A stretch of 63,799 nt of DNA, filler included, from Octopus bimaculoides (Eukaryota), in the NCBI RefSeq assembly GCF_001194135.2. It is 9 parts of 8 records of this genome, joined end to end, with 100 filler letters (N's around TTAATTAATTAA, not from the genome) between each part and the next. Parts side by side here need not be neighbours in the genome. Positions count along the whole stretch, not along the records: positions 44,747 to 52,162 come from NC_068991.1; positions 52,263 to 59,314 come from NC_068982.1; positions 59,415 to 61,513 come from NW_026334487.1; positions 61,614 to 63,799 come from NC_069008.1; 5 more parts are not named here. One strand, written 5' to 3'. Positions within the stretch are counted from its first letter, which is position 1. Each line of letters begins with the position of its first letter. Below are positions 48,890-61,831 of the stretch, piece after piece. The translations under genes were made by a program, and so were the position numbers. A model generated the notes under the pieces. It was not told where the DNA came from. It made no database searches and worked only from the letters and a program-made list of their open reading frames with translations.

Positions 48890-49328
48890 TGATGGTAATT
48901 GGGGCAGCAACATTAGCGGCGAAGGTGATGGTGGTGAAGGTGGTGGTGATGATGGGGATGGTGGTGAAGATGGTGGTGATGATGGGGATGGGGGTAGAGT
49001 TGAGCATGATGATGATGATGATGATGAAGATGCTAGTGATGATGATGGGGGCGATGGTACTGATGAATACGGTGGTGATGATGGCGGGAGTGATGATGAT
49101 GAGGATGAGAGCTTTGCTAATGATGGTGAAGATAACGATGATGATGAATATCATCACCACGATCATGATGGTAGTGACGATAATGGTATTTATGAAGAGA
49201 ATGATGATGATGATGGCAATGATGATGATGATGTCGATGATGACATTGACGATGATAACGACGACGAAGACGAGGACGACAACAAAAATGACGACGACGA
49301 TGATGATGATGATGGCGATGATGATGGC

Positions 49329-49373
<45 letters not shown>

Positions 49374-49420
49374 GATGATGATGGCGATGGTGATGATGAT
49401 GGCGATGGTGATGATGATGG

Positions 49421-49454
<34 letters not shown>

Positions 49455-49505
49455 AATGATGGCGATGATGATGATGATGATGATGATGATGTTGATGATG
49501 ATGGC

Positions 49506-49565
<60 letters not shown>

Positions 49566-49690
49566 GATGATGATGGCGATGGTGATGATGATGGTGATGA
49601 TGATGATGATGATGATGGCGATTACACTCACGATGATGGTAATGATAATAGTGACATTACTGATGCTGCTGATGCTGTTAATGATTATGA
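48890..49690. repeat. About 800-bp degenerate (GAT)n tract with GGC/GGT interruptions
   Basis: Direct reading. Confidence 0.95.
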
Positions 49691-49715
49691 TGTGAAAGTG
49701 TGTGCAAGACAGCTG

Positions 49716-49768
<53 letters not shown>

Positions 49769-50261
49769 ACACGCACACACACACACACACATGTGCACAC
49801 AAATGGAAGAAGAGAAGAAAACCAGGCCTTTATCACTGACACTTTCATGTCCTGGGTGTTTTTTGACGATAATTAAGCCATTGAGAAGTTAATTGTCTGA
49901 AACAAGAAGCAGCAACAGCAGCAGCAACAACAACAACAACAACAGAAACAGGAACAGCAGCAGCAGCAGCAACAACAGAAGCAGTAATGGGTCGCTCTGA
50001 TATTCCATAGCAGAGGAGGGCCTTGAGGGTTTCTCTGCTATCCTTTGTTAACATCAATAATGATAATGATGATCAAAGCTAACGATAATTTGTGTCTATG
50101 AATGTAAGTGGTTATGTGTGTGTATGTGTGTGTGTGTGTGTGTGGTGAGTGTACGAGTGTGTTTGTGTGAGTATACGTTGGGTGTGTGTGCGGGGTGTAC
50201 AGTTAACTAACAAAGATTAATTGAATACTGTACATGTGTCTTTTAGACACGATTGCCGACG

Positions 50262-50381
50262 TTGTTGTTGTTGTTGTTTGATGATGATGATGACGATGAT
50301 GAGGATAGTGGTGGTGAGGATGATAATGAAGATGATGATGATGACGACGACGGCGGCGACAACAATGACGATGATGATAAC

Positions 50382-50423
<42 letters not shown>

Positions 50424-50430
50424 GGCGATG
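50262..50430. repeat. (GTT)/(GAT)/(GAC) trinucleotide tract
   Basis: Direct reading. Confidence 0.95.
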
Positions 50431-50689
50431 CTGCTGTTGCTGGTGTTGGTGAAAATGGCGTTAATGATGGTAATTATGGGATTGTTGTTGGCATTGTTAT
50501 TTCACCTCTACAGAATTAATTTTCGTGATCTCTGAGTAAATTGGCTCACTTTATATACATACATTCGTGCGTACACTCACACACACGTGTATATGTATTC
50601 ATGTGTATATCTACATATATATATATATACATACATAATGACAGACAGACAGAACGCACGCGCGCACACAATTAATAGTTACATTATAT

Positions 50690-50838
50690 GGGCACGTGCA
50701 TGGCTGTATGGTTAAGAAACTCACTTCACAGTCACATGGTTTCGGGTTCAGTCCCTCTGCGCGTTACCTTGGGCAAGTATCTTCTACTAATACCTTGTGA
50801 ATTGATTTGGTAGACTGAAACTGAAAAAAGCCCGTCGT
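50690..50838 (+). mobile_element. SINE family B 5' half
   Basis: TGGCTGTATGGTTAAG...CCTTGGGCAAGT...AAGCCCGTCG. Confidence 0.8.
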
Positions 50839-51541
50839 ATATATATGTGTATATATATATGTATATATATANNNNNNNNNNNNNNNNNNNNNNNNNNNNN
50901 NNNNNNNNNNNNNNNNNNNNNNNNNNNNNNNNNNNNNNNNNNNNNNNNNNNNNNNNNNNNNNNNNNNNNNNNNNNNNNNNNNNNNNNNNNNNNNNNNNNN
51001 NNNNNNNNNNNNNNNNNNNNNNNNNNNNNNNNNNNNNNNNNNNNNNNNNNNNNNNNNNNNNNNNNNNNNNNNNNNNNNNNNNNNNNNNNNNNNNNNNNNN
51101 NNNNNNNNNNNNNNNNNNNNNNNNNNNNNNNNNNNNNNNNNNNNNNNNNNNNNNNNNNNNNNNNNNNNNNNNNNNNNNNNNNNNNNNNNNNNNNNNNNNN
51201 NNNNNNNNNNNNNNNNNNNNNNNNNNNNNNNNNNNNNNNNNNNNNNNNNNNNNNNNNNNNNNNNNNNNNNNNNNNNNNNNNNNNNNNNNNNNNNNNNNNN
51301 NNNNNNNNNNNNNNNNNNNNNNNNNNNNNNNNNNNNNNNNNNNNNNNNNNNNNNNNNNNNNNNNNNNNNNNNNNNNNNNNNNNNNNNNNNNNNNNNNNNN
51401 NNNNNNNNNNNNNNNNNNNNNNNNNNNNNNNNNNNNNNNNNNNNNNNNNNNNNNNNNNNNNNNNNNNNNNNNNNNNNNNNNNNNNNNNNNNNNNNNNNNN
51501 NNNNNNNNNNNNNNNNNNNNNNNNNNNNNNNNNNNNNNNNN

Positions 51542-51592
<51 letters not shown>

Positions 51593-51734
51593 TACACATA
51601 TATGATAGCAGTTTCTCTGAGCTCCACATTACTTACAGTTTTGTGGGAGTAGAACATGCCAACATTATCAGGGATGATAACTGGTAGAAGTGAAAGCTGT
51701 GCCATCGCTCGCTTGATTATTCGTTAAGCTGATT

Positions 51735-51856
51735 AGATTGGAACAAACAAGAAATAAAGTGTTGTGCTCAATGTAACAATTCATCGCCTTGTCCAAGAAC
51801 TGAACCTACTATCTTATAATCTTGAGCCGAGCGCGTTAATCACAACACCACTCACC
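51735..51856 (-). mobile_element. Degenerate CORE-like SINE 5' part
   Basis: AAATAAAGTGTTGTGCTCAA and CTGAACC resemble 60900-61020. Confidence 0.45.
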
Positions 51857-52089
51857 TTAATGTAACATATATATTTCTCATATATATGTTTAAAAGAATT
51901 GCTTCAAAACAAGAACAAGGAGAATAAACAAGATGTCCTTACCTTTGAAAAAAAAGAACAAAAAAGAAAGAAACGTATTCACAAATCCCTCTCTCAGTCT
52001 CTCCTCTACCATCACTCTCCCTGCATATGTGTGTGTGTGTGTGTGTGTGTGCGTGCGTGTGCGTGCGTGTGAGTGAGTATGTGTGTCTG

Positions 52090-52162
<73 letters not shown>

Positions 52163-52262
52163 NNNNNNNNNNNNNNNNNNNNNNNNNNNNNNNNNNNNNN
52201 NNNNNNTTAATTAATTAANNNNNNNNNNNNNNNNNNNNNNNNNNNNNNNNNNNNNNNNNNNN

Positions 52263-52622
52263 AAAAGCACCCACTACACTCTCTGAGTGGTTGGCGTTAG
52301 GAAGAGCATCCAGCTGTAGAAACTCTGCCAAATTAGATTGGAGCCTGGTGTTGCCATCAGGTTTCACCAGTCCTCAGTCAAATCGTCCAACCCATGCTAG
52401 CATGGAAAGCGGACGTTAAACGATGATGATGATGATGATATACATATATATATAATTATATGCTGAGTGGTTGGTGTTAGGAAGGGTATTCAGCTGTAGA
52501 AATCCTGCCAAAAGTGTTACAGATGTTTGGTGGAGGCTCCTGCCAGGCCAGCTCCAGGCAAACCATCCCACCCATGCCAGCATGGACGGCAGATGTTAAA
52601 CAATGATGATGATGATGATGAT
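52263..52622 (+). mobile_element. Two tandem RTE-type 3' tails (52263-52440, 52464-52622)
   Basis: GAGTGGTTGGYGTTAGGAAG..CAGCTGTAGAAA...CCCATGCYAGCATGGA...TTAAA..ATGATGATG twice. Confidence 0.85.
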
Positions 52623-53112
52623 AAAGGCACACACACTCACACAGAGAAAGAGAGAATGTGTGAGAGAGAAGACCATTGTGTACAAAGCTAGTTTTTGTAA
52701 CAACAACATACTGACAAACTACAGAGGACTTACAGACACACTTTCAAGAGTAGCCTGCAGCAGTACAATTTATTTATATATGTATGTGTTTGTATGTGTA
52801 CATACATACATACATACATACATTGACAGTTATATAGTATTCCATACGAAACTGTTCATTAGAAATATCATATCTACACTCATTTTCAATGATAAATTTG
52901 TATAAAATATTTATATTAATTGCATTATAAGTAAACATTATCTTCTTTTGAAAATTTCAGACAAAAGGATTTCTTGAGAATGTGTGTGATTGATGTTTCA
53001 TCACACAGATTATAATGAAAAGAAACCTTAACGAAGAATGCTTCGTTTATTTTACAGAAAACAACGTAGCAAACTGACAGGATCATTTGCACATTAGGTA
53101 AAATATTTAGAT

Positions 53113-53278
53113 GTATTTCATCCATCTTTACGTTCTGAGTTCAAATTCCAAGGAGGTCAACCTTGCCTTTCATCCTTTTGGGGTCGATAACATAAGTACC
53201 AATTGAGCACTGGGATCAATCTAATCGACTTACTTACTTCCCATCAAAATCGGTGGTCTTGTGCCAAAACTTGAAACC
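53113..53278 (+). mobile_element. SINE family A, 5'-truncated
   Basis: CTTTACGTTCTGAGTTCAAATTCC...GGGGTCGATAA..AAGTACC...TTGAAACC. Confidence 0.8.
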
Positions 53279-53843
53279 AATGTAGTGTGTAAACATTTCT
53301 GATGATATCATTTAAGTGTTTTCATGTCTCAGACAGCTATTGGAAGAATGAGACAATGCAAAGCTTGGTAGAATGTACTAAGTTGTTGTTTAACCAGACT
53401 TATTTCTCAAGTCTGCCAAATGTAACTGAAACCATCTCATTCTTCAAATTCATTTCAGAATCTAGAAATTCGCTTCTGGAGATGGAGTTGCTGAGGTACT
53501 TAGAAAAAAAAAACTACATCAACTACATATACTACTACATATAAAACTGTTCATTTCAGATATCATATCTCTATTTATTTTCAATGATGAATGCATATAA
53601 GATACTTATATTAATAGCATTATAAGTAAACATTATCATTCTTGAATATTTCAGACAACAGGATATCTTGAAAATCTATGTGATTGATGTTATTCAAAAG
53701 ATAATATAGTAAAAGGAAATCTTTACCAAAACTTTTGCATTTAAATGAAATTATTTTAATTTTAAAACTGTGATGGGATTAATCACTTGTTTATATGTGT
53801 GTGTGTGTGTGTGTATGTGTGTGTGCGTGCGCGCACGTGTGTG

Positions 53844-54140
53844 TACAAGGTGGAGTCAAAAGGTTTCCACCTCTAGTTTTGTTTAATAAAATATAAGTTA
53901 TTTATCTAAGTTTTAACATCATCTCCTTTGAAATAGTCAACTTGCACAGCAATACACCAGTCCCAGCATTCCTGTCACTTTCGGAATCCAGCCTGGAAGT
54001 CATTCTTTGTAAGTGAATTGAGAATTTTCTGTGATTTCCTCTTGATCTTGACAATGGTGTTAAAATGGCAACCTTTCAGCTACATTTTCATCTTGGGGAA
54101 GAGATGGATGTCTGCAGGTGCTAAATCTGGAAAATAGCTC
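53844..54140 (-). mobile_element. Mariner right end
   Basis: YFPDLAPADIHLFPKMKM*LKGCHF..DFQAGFRK..CWDWCIA..DYFKGD, then TIR-like CAAGGTGGAGTCAAAA flanked by TA. Confidence 0.8.
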
Positions 54141-55029
54141 AGTGAAAGGGTGCAATGTTATCATGAAGAATCCAATTCTTCATGCTCCATAGATCCAGCT
54201 GCTTTCACCAAATGTCCTCCCTTAAAAATTTCAAAACATTGCAGTAGAACTCTCAACACACAATACCACATTTCTAGATTGTTTATCGTCTTTCAGCAAC
54301 GTTCTTCTGCTTTTGAAGCACCCATGCCACTAGAAACTTTGTGTATGATCCAATGCCTTATCGTCATAAGCTTACGGAAGTATGCACAATGTCTCTGTAG
54401 CAATGTCTCATTGTCTTTAACGTTTTTTTGTGATGTCATGTACCCATATATGCATTTATATATACATATAGATATAGCTATGTGCATATATGTATGGATA
54501 TATGCACATATTTATATATTATTTATATTATTATATGGTCGAACGCCACGCATCCTTTTCCAAGTAAGTTTTATATATATATATATATATGTATGTATCT
54601 CTCTCTCTCTNNNNNNNNNNNNNNNNNNNNNNNNNNNNNNNNNNNNNNNNNNNNNNNNNNNNNNNNNNNNNNNNNNNNNNNNNNNNNNNNNNNNNNNNNN
54701 NNNNNNNNNNNNNNNNNNNNNTATATATATATATATGTATGTATATGTGTGTGTGTGTATATATATATATATGGTGTTTGCATTAAATTTGAAGATTTTT
54801 TATGCTTCTTTTTTCTTTTCAGGAACAGCCTGATGTATTGGTAAACAGTTAGTGGTGTTGGAGAACATAAAAATTGAAGCTGTTGCTGAGAAGATGTTAG
54901 CTAACATGAGGGACTGGAAGCTACATAACTGAATAAAGGAAAAGAGTTACTTGTATCATGATGGTTCATGCCAGGTGTCAAAATGCTGCCATCATGACCG
55001 CTGCCCATTGCTGTGAGAATTTAGTAAAG

Positions 55030-55545
55030 ACATCAATGGGATGTACCACGTATCATGAAAACCAAGTTCCCACAAACTATGACAGTCTTTGGGTGTGTCT
55101 CTAGTGGGGGTGATGTCATGCCATCCCACAACAAGGTTTTAGGCTCAATTCAAATGGCAATGTGAAACTGCTAGAGATAGGTTAAACGCTGACAGGAAAG
55201 GAATGCTGCTGGAAGGTCATATGTGTGGCAGCAGGACTTGACTCCCTGCCATTCCTCCAGAAAGAATCAGAAATGGCTGTTGAAGAATTTCTACAACTTA
55301 ACCAGCCCCAATTTTTGGCCTCTTGATTCTCTTGATTGTAACGCCATAGAGTACTATGTGTTGGTGGTGGTGGTGGTGGTGGTGGTGGGGGTGGGGTGCA
55401 TTTGAGAAAGACATCAAGCACTTTGCTTGCAACACTAAGGCCAAGCTGATTGTCAAGATCAAGGAGATTTTCATAGATCTTTCTAGGGTATTTCAGAATC
55501 ATTTTGAGTATCTGCAGGTATTTATCAGAGAATAATTTGATGGTC
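55030..55545 (+). mobile_element. maT/DD37D-type transposase relic
   Basis: MKTKFPQTMTVFGCVSSGGDVMP, GRSYVWQQDLTPCHSSRKNQKWL..FWPLDSLDCNAIEYYV; interrupted by (GGT)n. Confidence 0.8.
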
Positions 55546-57050
55546 TGAAGCATTTTTAACACAAATATGTTCTCTTGATAAATAGTATTCAATAATAACC
55601 AAAATAGTTGTTGATACAAAATATGTTTACTGTTGTTGTTAGTGTTTATTCTCAGATAATACACAAGATTGAGAAAATCTATGATTGAGGCATTTCAGCC
55701 ATGACTATTCAGTCTTTTAGGAGTATGTGAGCCAACATTATCTTATGCATTCTTTCCTGATTTAAGAAGGTAGAGTATGACCTAAAGGAGATTTGATTTA
55801 TTTCTACCATGTTGAATAACCATGTAAAAATTCTTTTCTTAGTAGAAGTATTTAATTACAGGGAAGGAATTAAATATTCAAGAGTGTTTTCTTGAAAATG
55901 GGCAACATTTAGAAAACAATTACAAATGAAAACCTGAACCATCTGGCTCAATAATGCATATGTTCTTAACATTCTGATACACCTGTAAGAAGCAAAAGTT
56001 TTTTCTGCTTTTATTTTTAAATAAACATGTCTTTGGGTACCACTTCCCTTTCTGATCATATTTGATTATTGACTTCATTTGTAATTAGTTCCTTAAATTC
56101 TGCATTCACTTCTTCCTATAAGAGAACATTGGCAAGATTCAAACTTTGAACCATAATGCATTGAACGTATCTCCATAAATTATTCATCATTGTATTTTGT
56201 ACCTTGACTTCAACAAAGTGAGAAATAGCTTTGGAAAAATATAATGAGCTCATATACCTCCTCCCTAACTAAGATAATATACATATGCTATTTTGCCAAT
56301 GAGGAAAATATCAGAACATTTATCATATTTGCCAGTATATAAAATGCACTTTTTAATGTATTCAAAATTGTTGTGTCTAATGTCATTGTATTACAGATGG
56401 GAGACCAGGCATCATAGATGAGGTATCTGGATAAGCATCAGTCTCCTTGATAGAATAATTTTACTAATAATAAAAAATTAAAATCTAACCAAAATATTGC
56501 AGTCTGTTACCACAAATTTGTGAAAAAATTGCCTGTAATACACTGATAGTTATGTGGAGAAGTCATATCATCTCATTGTACCTCCTTTTCCTGCATATAT
56601 AACTTACATTTAGTATATATCTTACATATCTAATGACTAACTTATCTTTGAGAAACATTTTAAAATTGTCTCAATGAAAACTTCTAAAAATATGAAAGGA
56701 ATGTTGAACTTTTATCCACCCATCAACTATTTGCAATGAGTGGATGACAACAAAATCACAATGGTTCCAGGCCACCCTGCTTGATGATCACAGTAACACA
56801 AAACTTCACAACCAGAAATACAAATGCTTCATACTGTCTGGCAGTACTTTGGACCAAAGCATATGCAACTGTACACCTGAACTGAAAGACAAAGTTGAAA
56901 TACACTATTCATGAAACAGTTTATTTGCAATAAATTTATGGTTTCATACATTATTCCAATATATTGTCTCAATACTGTATTTCATGCTCAAAATAATGCA
57001 TTTCTCCTCAAAGGAACCACTTTACAATATCTTTCAATTTGTATGATAAT

Positions 57051-57240
57051 GTGGTGAGCTGGCAGAATCATTAGCATACTGGGCAAAATACTTAGTAGCA
57101 TTTCATGTCTTTACATTGTGAGATCAAATTCTGCTGAGGTCAACTTTTGTCTTTTATTCTTTCAGGCTTGGTAAAATAAATAGCAGTTGAGCACTGGGGT
57201 CGATATGATTGACTTACCCCTCCTCAAACTTGCTGGCCAT
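57051..57240 (+). mobile_element. SINE family A, diverged
   Basis: GGTGAGCTGGCAGAATCATTAGCA...GAGCACTGGGGTCG. Confidence 0.75.
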
Positions 57241-57282
57241 ATGGTGTAACTTGCTAAATTTGTTTTTCCACAAAATCATCAT

Positions 57283-57500
57283 CATCATCATCAGTTAATG
57301 TCCGTTTCCCATGCTGGCATGTATTGGATGGTTTGACAGGAGCTGATCAGCTGAAGGGCTGTTCAGGCTTCATATGTGTTTTAGCATGGTTTCTATGGCT
57401 GGATGCCCTTCCTAATGCCAACTGCTTTACAGAGTGTACTGATTACTTTTATGCAGCACCGGCACAGAAGCTTTTTACGTGGCACCAGCACTTGTAAAAT
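57283..57500 (-). mobile_element. RTE-type 3' tail
   Basis: CATCATCATC...TCCGTTTCCCATGCTGGCATG...GGCTGGATGCCCTTCCTAATGCCAAC...GCACCGGCAC. Confidence 0.75.
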
Positions 57501-59084
57501 AGGGATGCATCTAATGTAAGCATGCATTGAATACATTTGCGGACACAGTACTTATAATTTCCTAAATATCAGTTCCTACTAAAACTGACTTTGCTTTCAC
57601 TTTTTATTCTTCTAGAGTTGCTAAAATAAAGACATCGAATATGCTGAAATCATGTTAATTGACTGTACTCAATCTCCTAATTTCAGGTTGAGTATCTTGA
57701 TTTATCAGTGCTGTGTCATATTAGAAATATTGAGAAGCTAAGTTTAATATGAAGCAAATCAAGCTATTAAGATCTATTCTACCTCATATAGCTAAACATG
57801 ACTTGAATTTGTTTCACACTCAGGTGCTTAAGCTAATTTCATCAAACAACTATTATTGAAAATATCTTAGGTCATTCAGTGGAACTACTTTTATTACCAA
57901 AGTTTTATCTTTACATTTTAGTTCTTGATGTTTGCAGCGTTAGAAACTTAAATCATTTTTAAGAACATTCAAATAAATTTTCCATAAACTTCCTTTGGAA
58001 AAAACATTATTTTTTGGCTTAATGTTTTTATAAGTCTTTTCATGTTTATTTTTCTTTTCTTTACTAACTCTGTTTCAATTTTATAGGAAAGTTTAATTTA
58101 CATGTTGCCAGTAATTTTATGTACTTCAAGAACCTGTGGATGTGTTGTCATAATTTTCTATCAATATGTATTAGAATCTTCACACAAATATACACCTACG
58201 CACATATATACACACACACTAACACTCACACTAACGTATAAATTTTAATTTTGATTCAGTCGTCTCATCAGTTAAATGTGAAATTCCAATACTGCCACAG
58301 TCTTCTTTTTACCTTGTGCACAAACATTTCTCAAACAACCATTCATATCACAAATTTTTCAACAAAAATAAGCTACAGCTGTACCCAAAATCTGACTGTT
58401 GTTACAACCAGAATCAACAATATAAATATTCAAAATCCATTATATCAATGATACTGCAATAATATCATGGCGTCTTCTTTTGTTATTAAGTTGTCTTTCA
58501 AAAATACATTTCGATGATGCTGAGAAAATGTTTTATTAGCTTTACTGCAAATACCTTTAATATTACTGCATATTTCCTCAGTTACATTGAGAAATGTGAT
58601 ATCATTACCACAATATATATTTAATTTTGAAAGAGAGCCATACGGACAATTTCAGGATCAGTTCCATCAATTGTTGTAGTTGTTACATTGCATACAAATG
58701 GTGTGTACTTTGATTTGCTTCACAGCTAAGTTTCATATTCTAACTGTCAAGGGAATTACGATATGTTAAGTAAAATATATGAGCTGCTCTTTAATTACCT
58801 TCATCAAACTGCTTATTGGATCTAACTTTGTTGGTTGTACTGTTGCTTTCACAACATATATCACGGCTAGATGACCTTCTTCTGGTCAGCTCTCACTAGT
58901 TTCTAAGCAAGGTAATATTTCCATGGCTGGACATATTTACACAAAAAAAAAATTGAGAACAAATTACACAACTTGCAACAACAGTAATGCTCATTTTATG
59001 ATTAAGAGGCAATGGTGACAAGGAGACATAACTATGTGCATATGCACATACACACAAACACACACACACACAAATATATACGTG

Positions 59085-59240
59085 TATAAAATACCTGCTT
59101 TCAGATTCTATCTACCAAATTCACTCAAAAGGCTTAATCAGAGCAAGGCTTTAGTAGAAGACACTTGCTCAAACTTCCACACAATGGAACTGAACCTTAG
59201 ACCACTTGCTTGTGAAGTCAACTTCTTAACCTAACATTCA
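59085..59240 (-). mobile_element. SINE family B 5' half, diverged
   Basis: CTACCAAATTCACTCA, GAAGACACTTGCTCAA, GGAACTGAACC. Confidence 0.6.
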
Positions 59241-59819
59241 TACCTGCCAATCTTTCTCTCTCTCTCTCTCTCTTCACACACACACTGAAAGAAGCCTACA
59301 TAATGCATATATATNNNNNNNNNNNNNNNNNNNNNNNNNNNNNNNNNNNNNNNNNNNNTTAATTAATTAANNNNNNNNNNNNNNNNNNNNNNNNNNNNNN
59401 NNNNNNNNNNNNNNATCCTGCTGTCATTGCTGCTGATGCTGATGGTGATGAGGTTTATCAGTAACAGGGACAACAAGCCCAAGGGTGTGGAAGCAGGGGG
59501 GGGATTAAGAAGAGGGGCAGGAAAGGGGCCGGGGTGGGGGTGATGTGGTGGACCCTGTTACACCTGTTTACAAACAATGTCAGATGTTTCACTCCAACGA
59601 GAAAGCAAGGGGACACACAGACAGACTGGCAACTAGGGAGCGGGTGGGGAGGCCAGCAAAGGGTGGTGGGGCAGGATAAGGATCAGATAGTCCCCTTTCC
59701 ATCCCTGATGTTTACTCATCACACAGACTCCTATTTCTGTTAAAGAGATCTTGTAACTGTAGCACTATAAACCTTAAAGGGTTTACAGGGCATCTTGGCT
59801 GTCTGTTCTACTCCCTCGC

Positions 59820-59826
59820 TGTGTAT

Positions 59827-59867
<41 letters not shown>

Positions 59868-60040
59868 CACACACACACATACACACATGCACACACACAC
59901 ATACACACATGCATTCACAGACACACATACACACACACATGCAGTTACATGCATACACATATATACACATACATACATGCATTCAAATACACACATATGC
60001 GCTCAGACACACATACACACACATACATGCACTCACATAC
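59820..60040. repeat. (AC)n compound microsatellite
   Basis: Direct reading. Confidence 0.95.
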
Positions 60041-60144
60041 AGGCTGAAACTTCAAAGTTACTGTCAACACTATTTATACCAAAAGTATTTGAGTAATTCT
60101 TCAGTTAAATGTAAAATTACTTTAATTACATAAAAACAAACTTT

Positions 60145-60325
60145 AATGTTGAGTTGACAAGAAAATAATTTCGTTTTTTCTGTGTAAAATCAAAGTCTTT
60201 TTTTCATACAAAGAATGAATTTTAATCAATTATATTTTTTCCATTTTGTTCGATGACCTTTGCCATCTTTCTGGCAACTTCATGATTCCATACTCATAGA
60301 ACGTCTGGTCCTTATCAGCCAAGGC
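60145..60325 (-). mobile_element. Mariner 3' fragment with TIR remnant
   Basis: LADKDQTFYEYGIMKLPERWQ, matching the mariner C-terminal helix. Confidence 0.7.
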
Positions 60326-60579
60326 TATCAGGCTATGCCAAGATGGATTTATGTATTCTTCCTCCCACTTGGATTTTTATGTATTCTTCCCACTTGGATT
60401 TTAAATGTTGCCACAATTATAATATGTCTATTCTACTGTAATTTTCTGCATTTTCATGCAGCTGAAGATTGCTCTACATATTGCATTTAATGTAATGCTC
60501 GCATTACTTAAATAAATGGAGTAGCATGAAACGTGCGTATTGCAATCATCTTTGAAATCCGTGCTGCTTATTTTGATTT

Positions 60580-60634
<55 letters not shown>

Positions 60635-60689
60635 GCACACACACATATACATGCATATATATACATACATATACACATACACATATAAG

Positions 60690-61023
60690 AGGAGACCCCC
60701 ACCATTTCGGTTATGAATGACCATGGGATTGCACCTAGGAAGTTACCCTCCCAGGCACAAGTCCGGGCAAGGTTGTTTATGGAAGACCATGCATACCAGC
60801 CTCCCCTCTCCACACCACGAGTGTTATCCAAGGGAAAGGCAAAGGGGTCGATACAGCTTGGCACCAGTGACGTCGCAACACATTTCTACAGATGAGTGAA
60901 CAGGAGCAAAATAAAATAAAGTGTCTTGCTCAAGAACACAACACGCAGCGTGTTCCGGGAATCGAAATCACAACCTCACGATTGTAAGCTCGACATGTTA
61001 ACCACTGAGCCATGTGCCTTCAC
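60690..61023 (-). mobile_element. tRNA-derived CORE-like SINE
   Basis: Minus strand GAAGGCACATGGCTCAGTGGTTA..GATTTCGATTCCC..TTGTGTTCTTGAGCAAGACACTT. Confidence 0.8.
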
Positions 61024-61831
61024 TCATATATACATATATACATACATATATAAATATTCGGATAGGATCAGGTACTTGCAAAGATATACTCCAGGTAGGG
61101 TTGGATAAACTTGTGCTTCTGACCTGTTGTTGCTTAGTATCAAATAGGTTATTCCAGTTGTGTACACAGAGAAAACCAACCCTATGAGTATTTAGCACCC
61201 AGGGGCTGGTCCAAAGCACAGGTGACGTTGATTGTACATTGTTGGTATACTCCAGGGTGACCGACAAGTCGTAAACCCCTATGGTGTATTCTAATCAAAT
61301 GAATAATTACAGATGATGGCTAATTGTCACCTCGTTACAGATGTTTCTTATGTATCTTTTTAATAGAAGAATGAGAACATTAACTCCATTACAGAAAAAC
61401 CAGAATCATCAGATGAAATGTAATTCCAAAAACGAAAAAAATATCTCAAGAATACGGCAGGGACGGACATGGCTGAGGTCTGTTGAGGCTAACTATGAAA
61501 TGGGAGAACGACANNNNNNNNNNNNNNNNNNNNNNNNNNNNNNNNNNNNNNNNNNNNTTAATTAATTAANNNNNNNNNNNNNNNNNNNNNNNNNNNNNNN
61601 NNNNNNNNNNNNNCCTCTGGAATAATATTATAAGCAAAATTTCTCAACATCACCAACTGGAGTATCAAAAAGAGGGGCTTGTGTTGTGAATAAAGTTGGA
61701 TAAATTTATTTAAGTGTTGCTAAACAAAGGTAACACTTAACAGAAATACAACAGTAGAAGTGTTTGTAAAGAATAAAGTATAAAAAGAAAAGGAAGCAAA
61801 ATATATAAACTGGTATTTGAGAGGGAAAATA

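Noticed and set aside
48882-49802. Poly-Ile and poly-Met ORFs of 306 and 267 aa; poly-Asp ORF at 50253-50519
   Set aside because: Trinucleotide repeat frames with no unique coding context or splice support.
51940-51975. Strong minus-strand donor AAG|GTAAGG
   Set aside because: Directly preceded by a pyrimidine tract with no definable exon; may be a non-coding exon end but cannot be supported.
56190-56225. LYLDFNK motif suggesting another CR1/L2 RT
   Set aside because: Too short and unsupported by flanking motifs.
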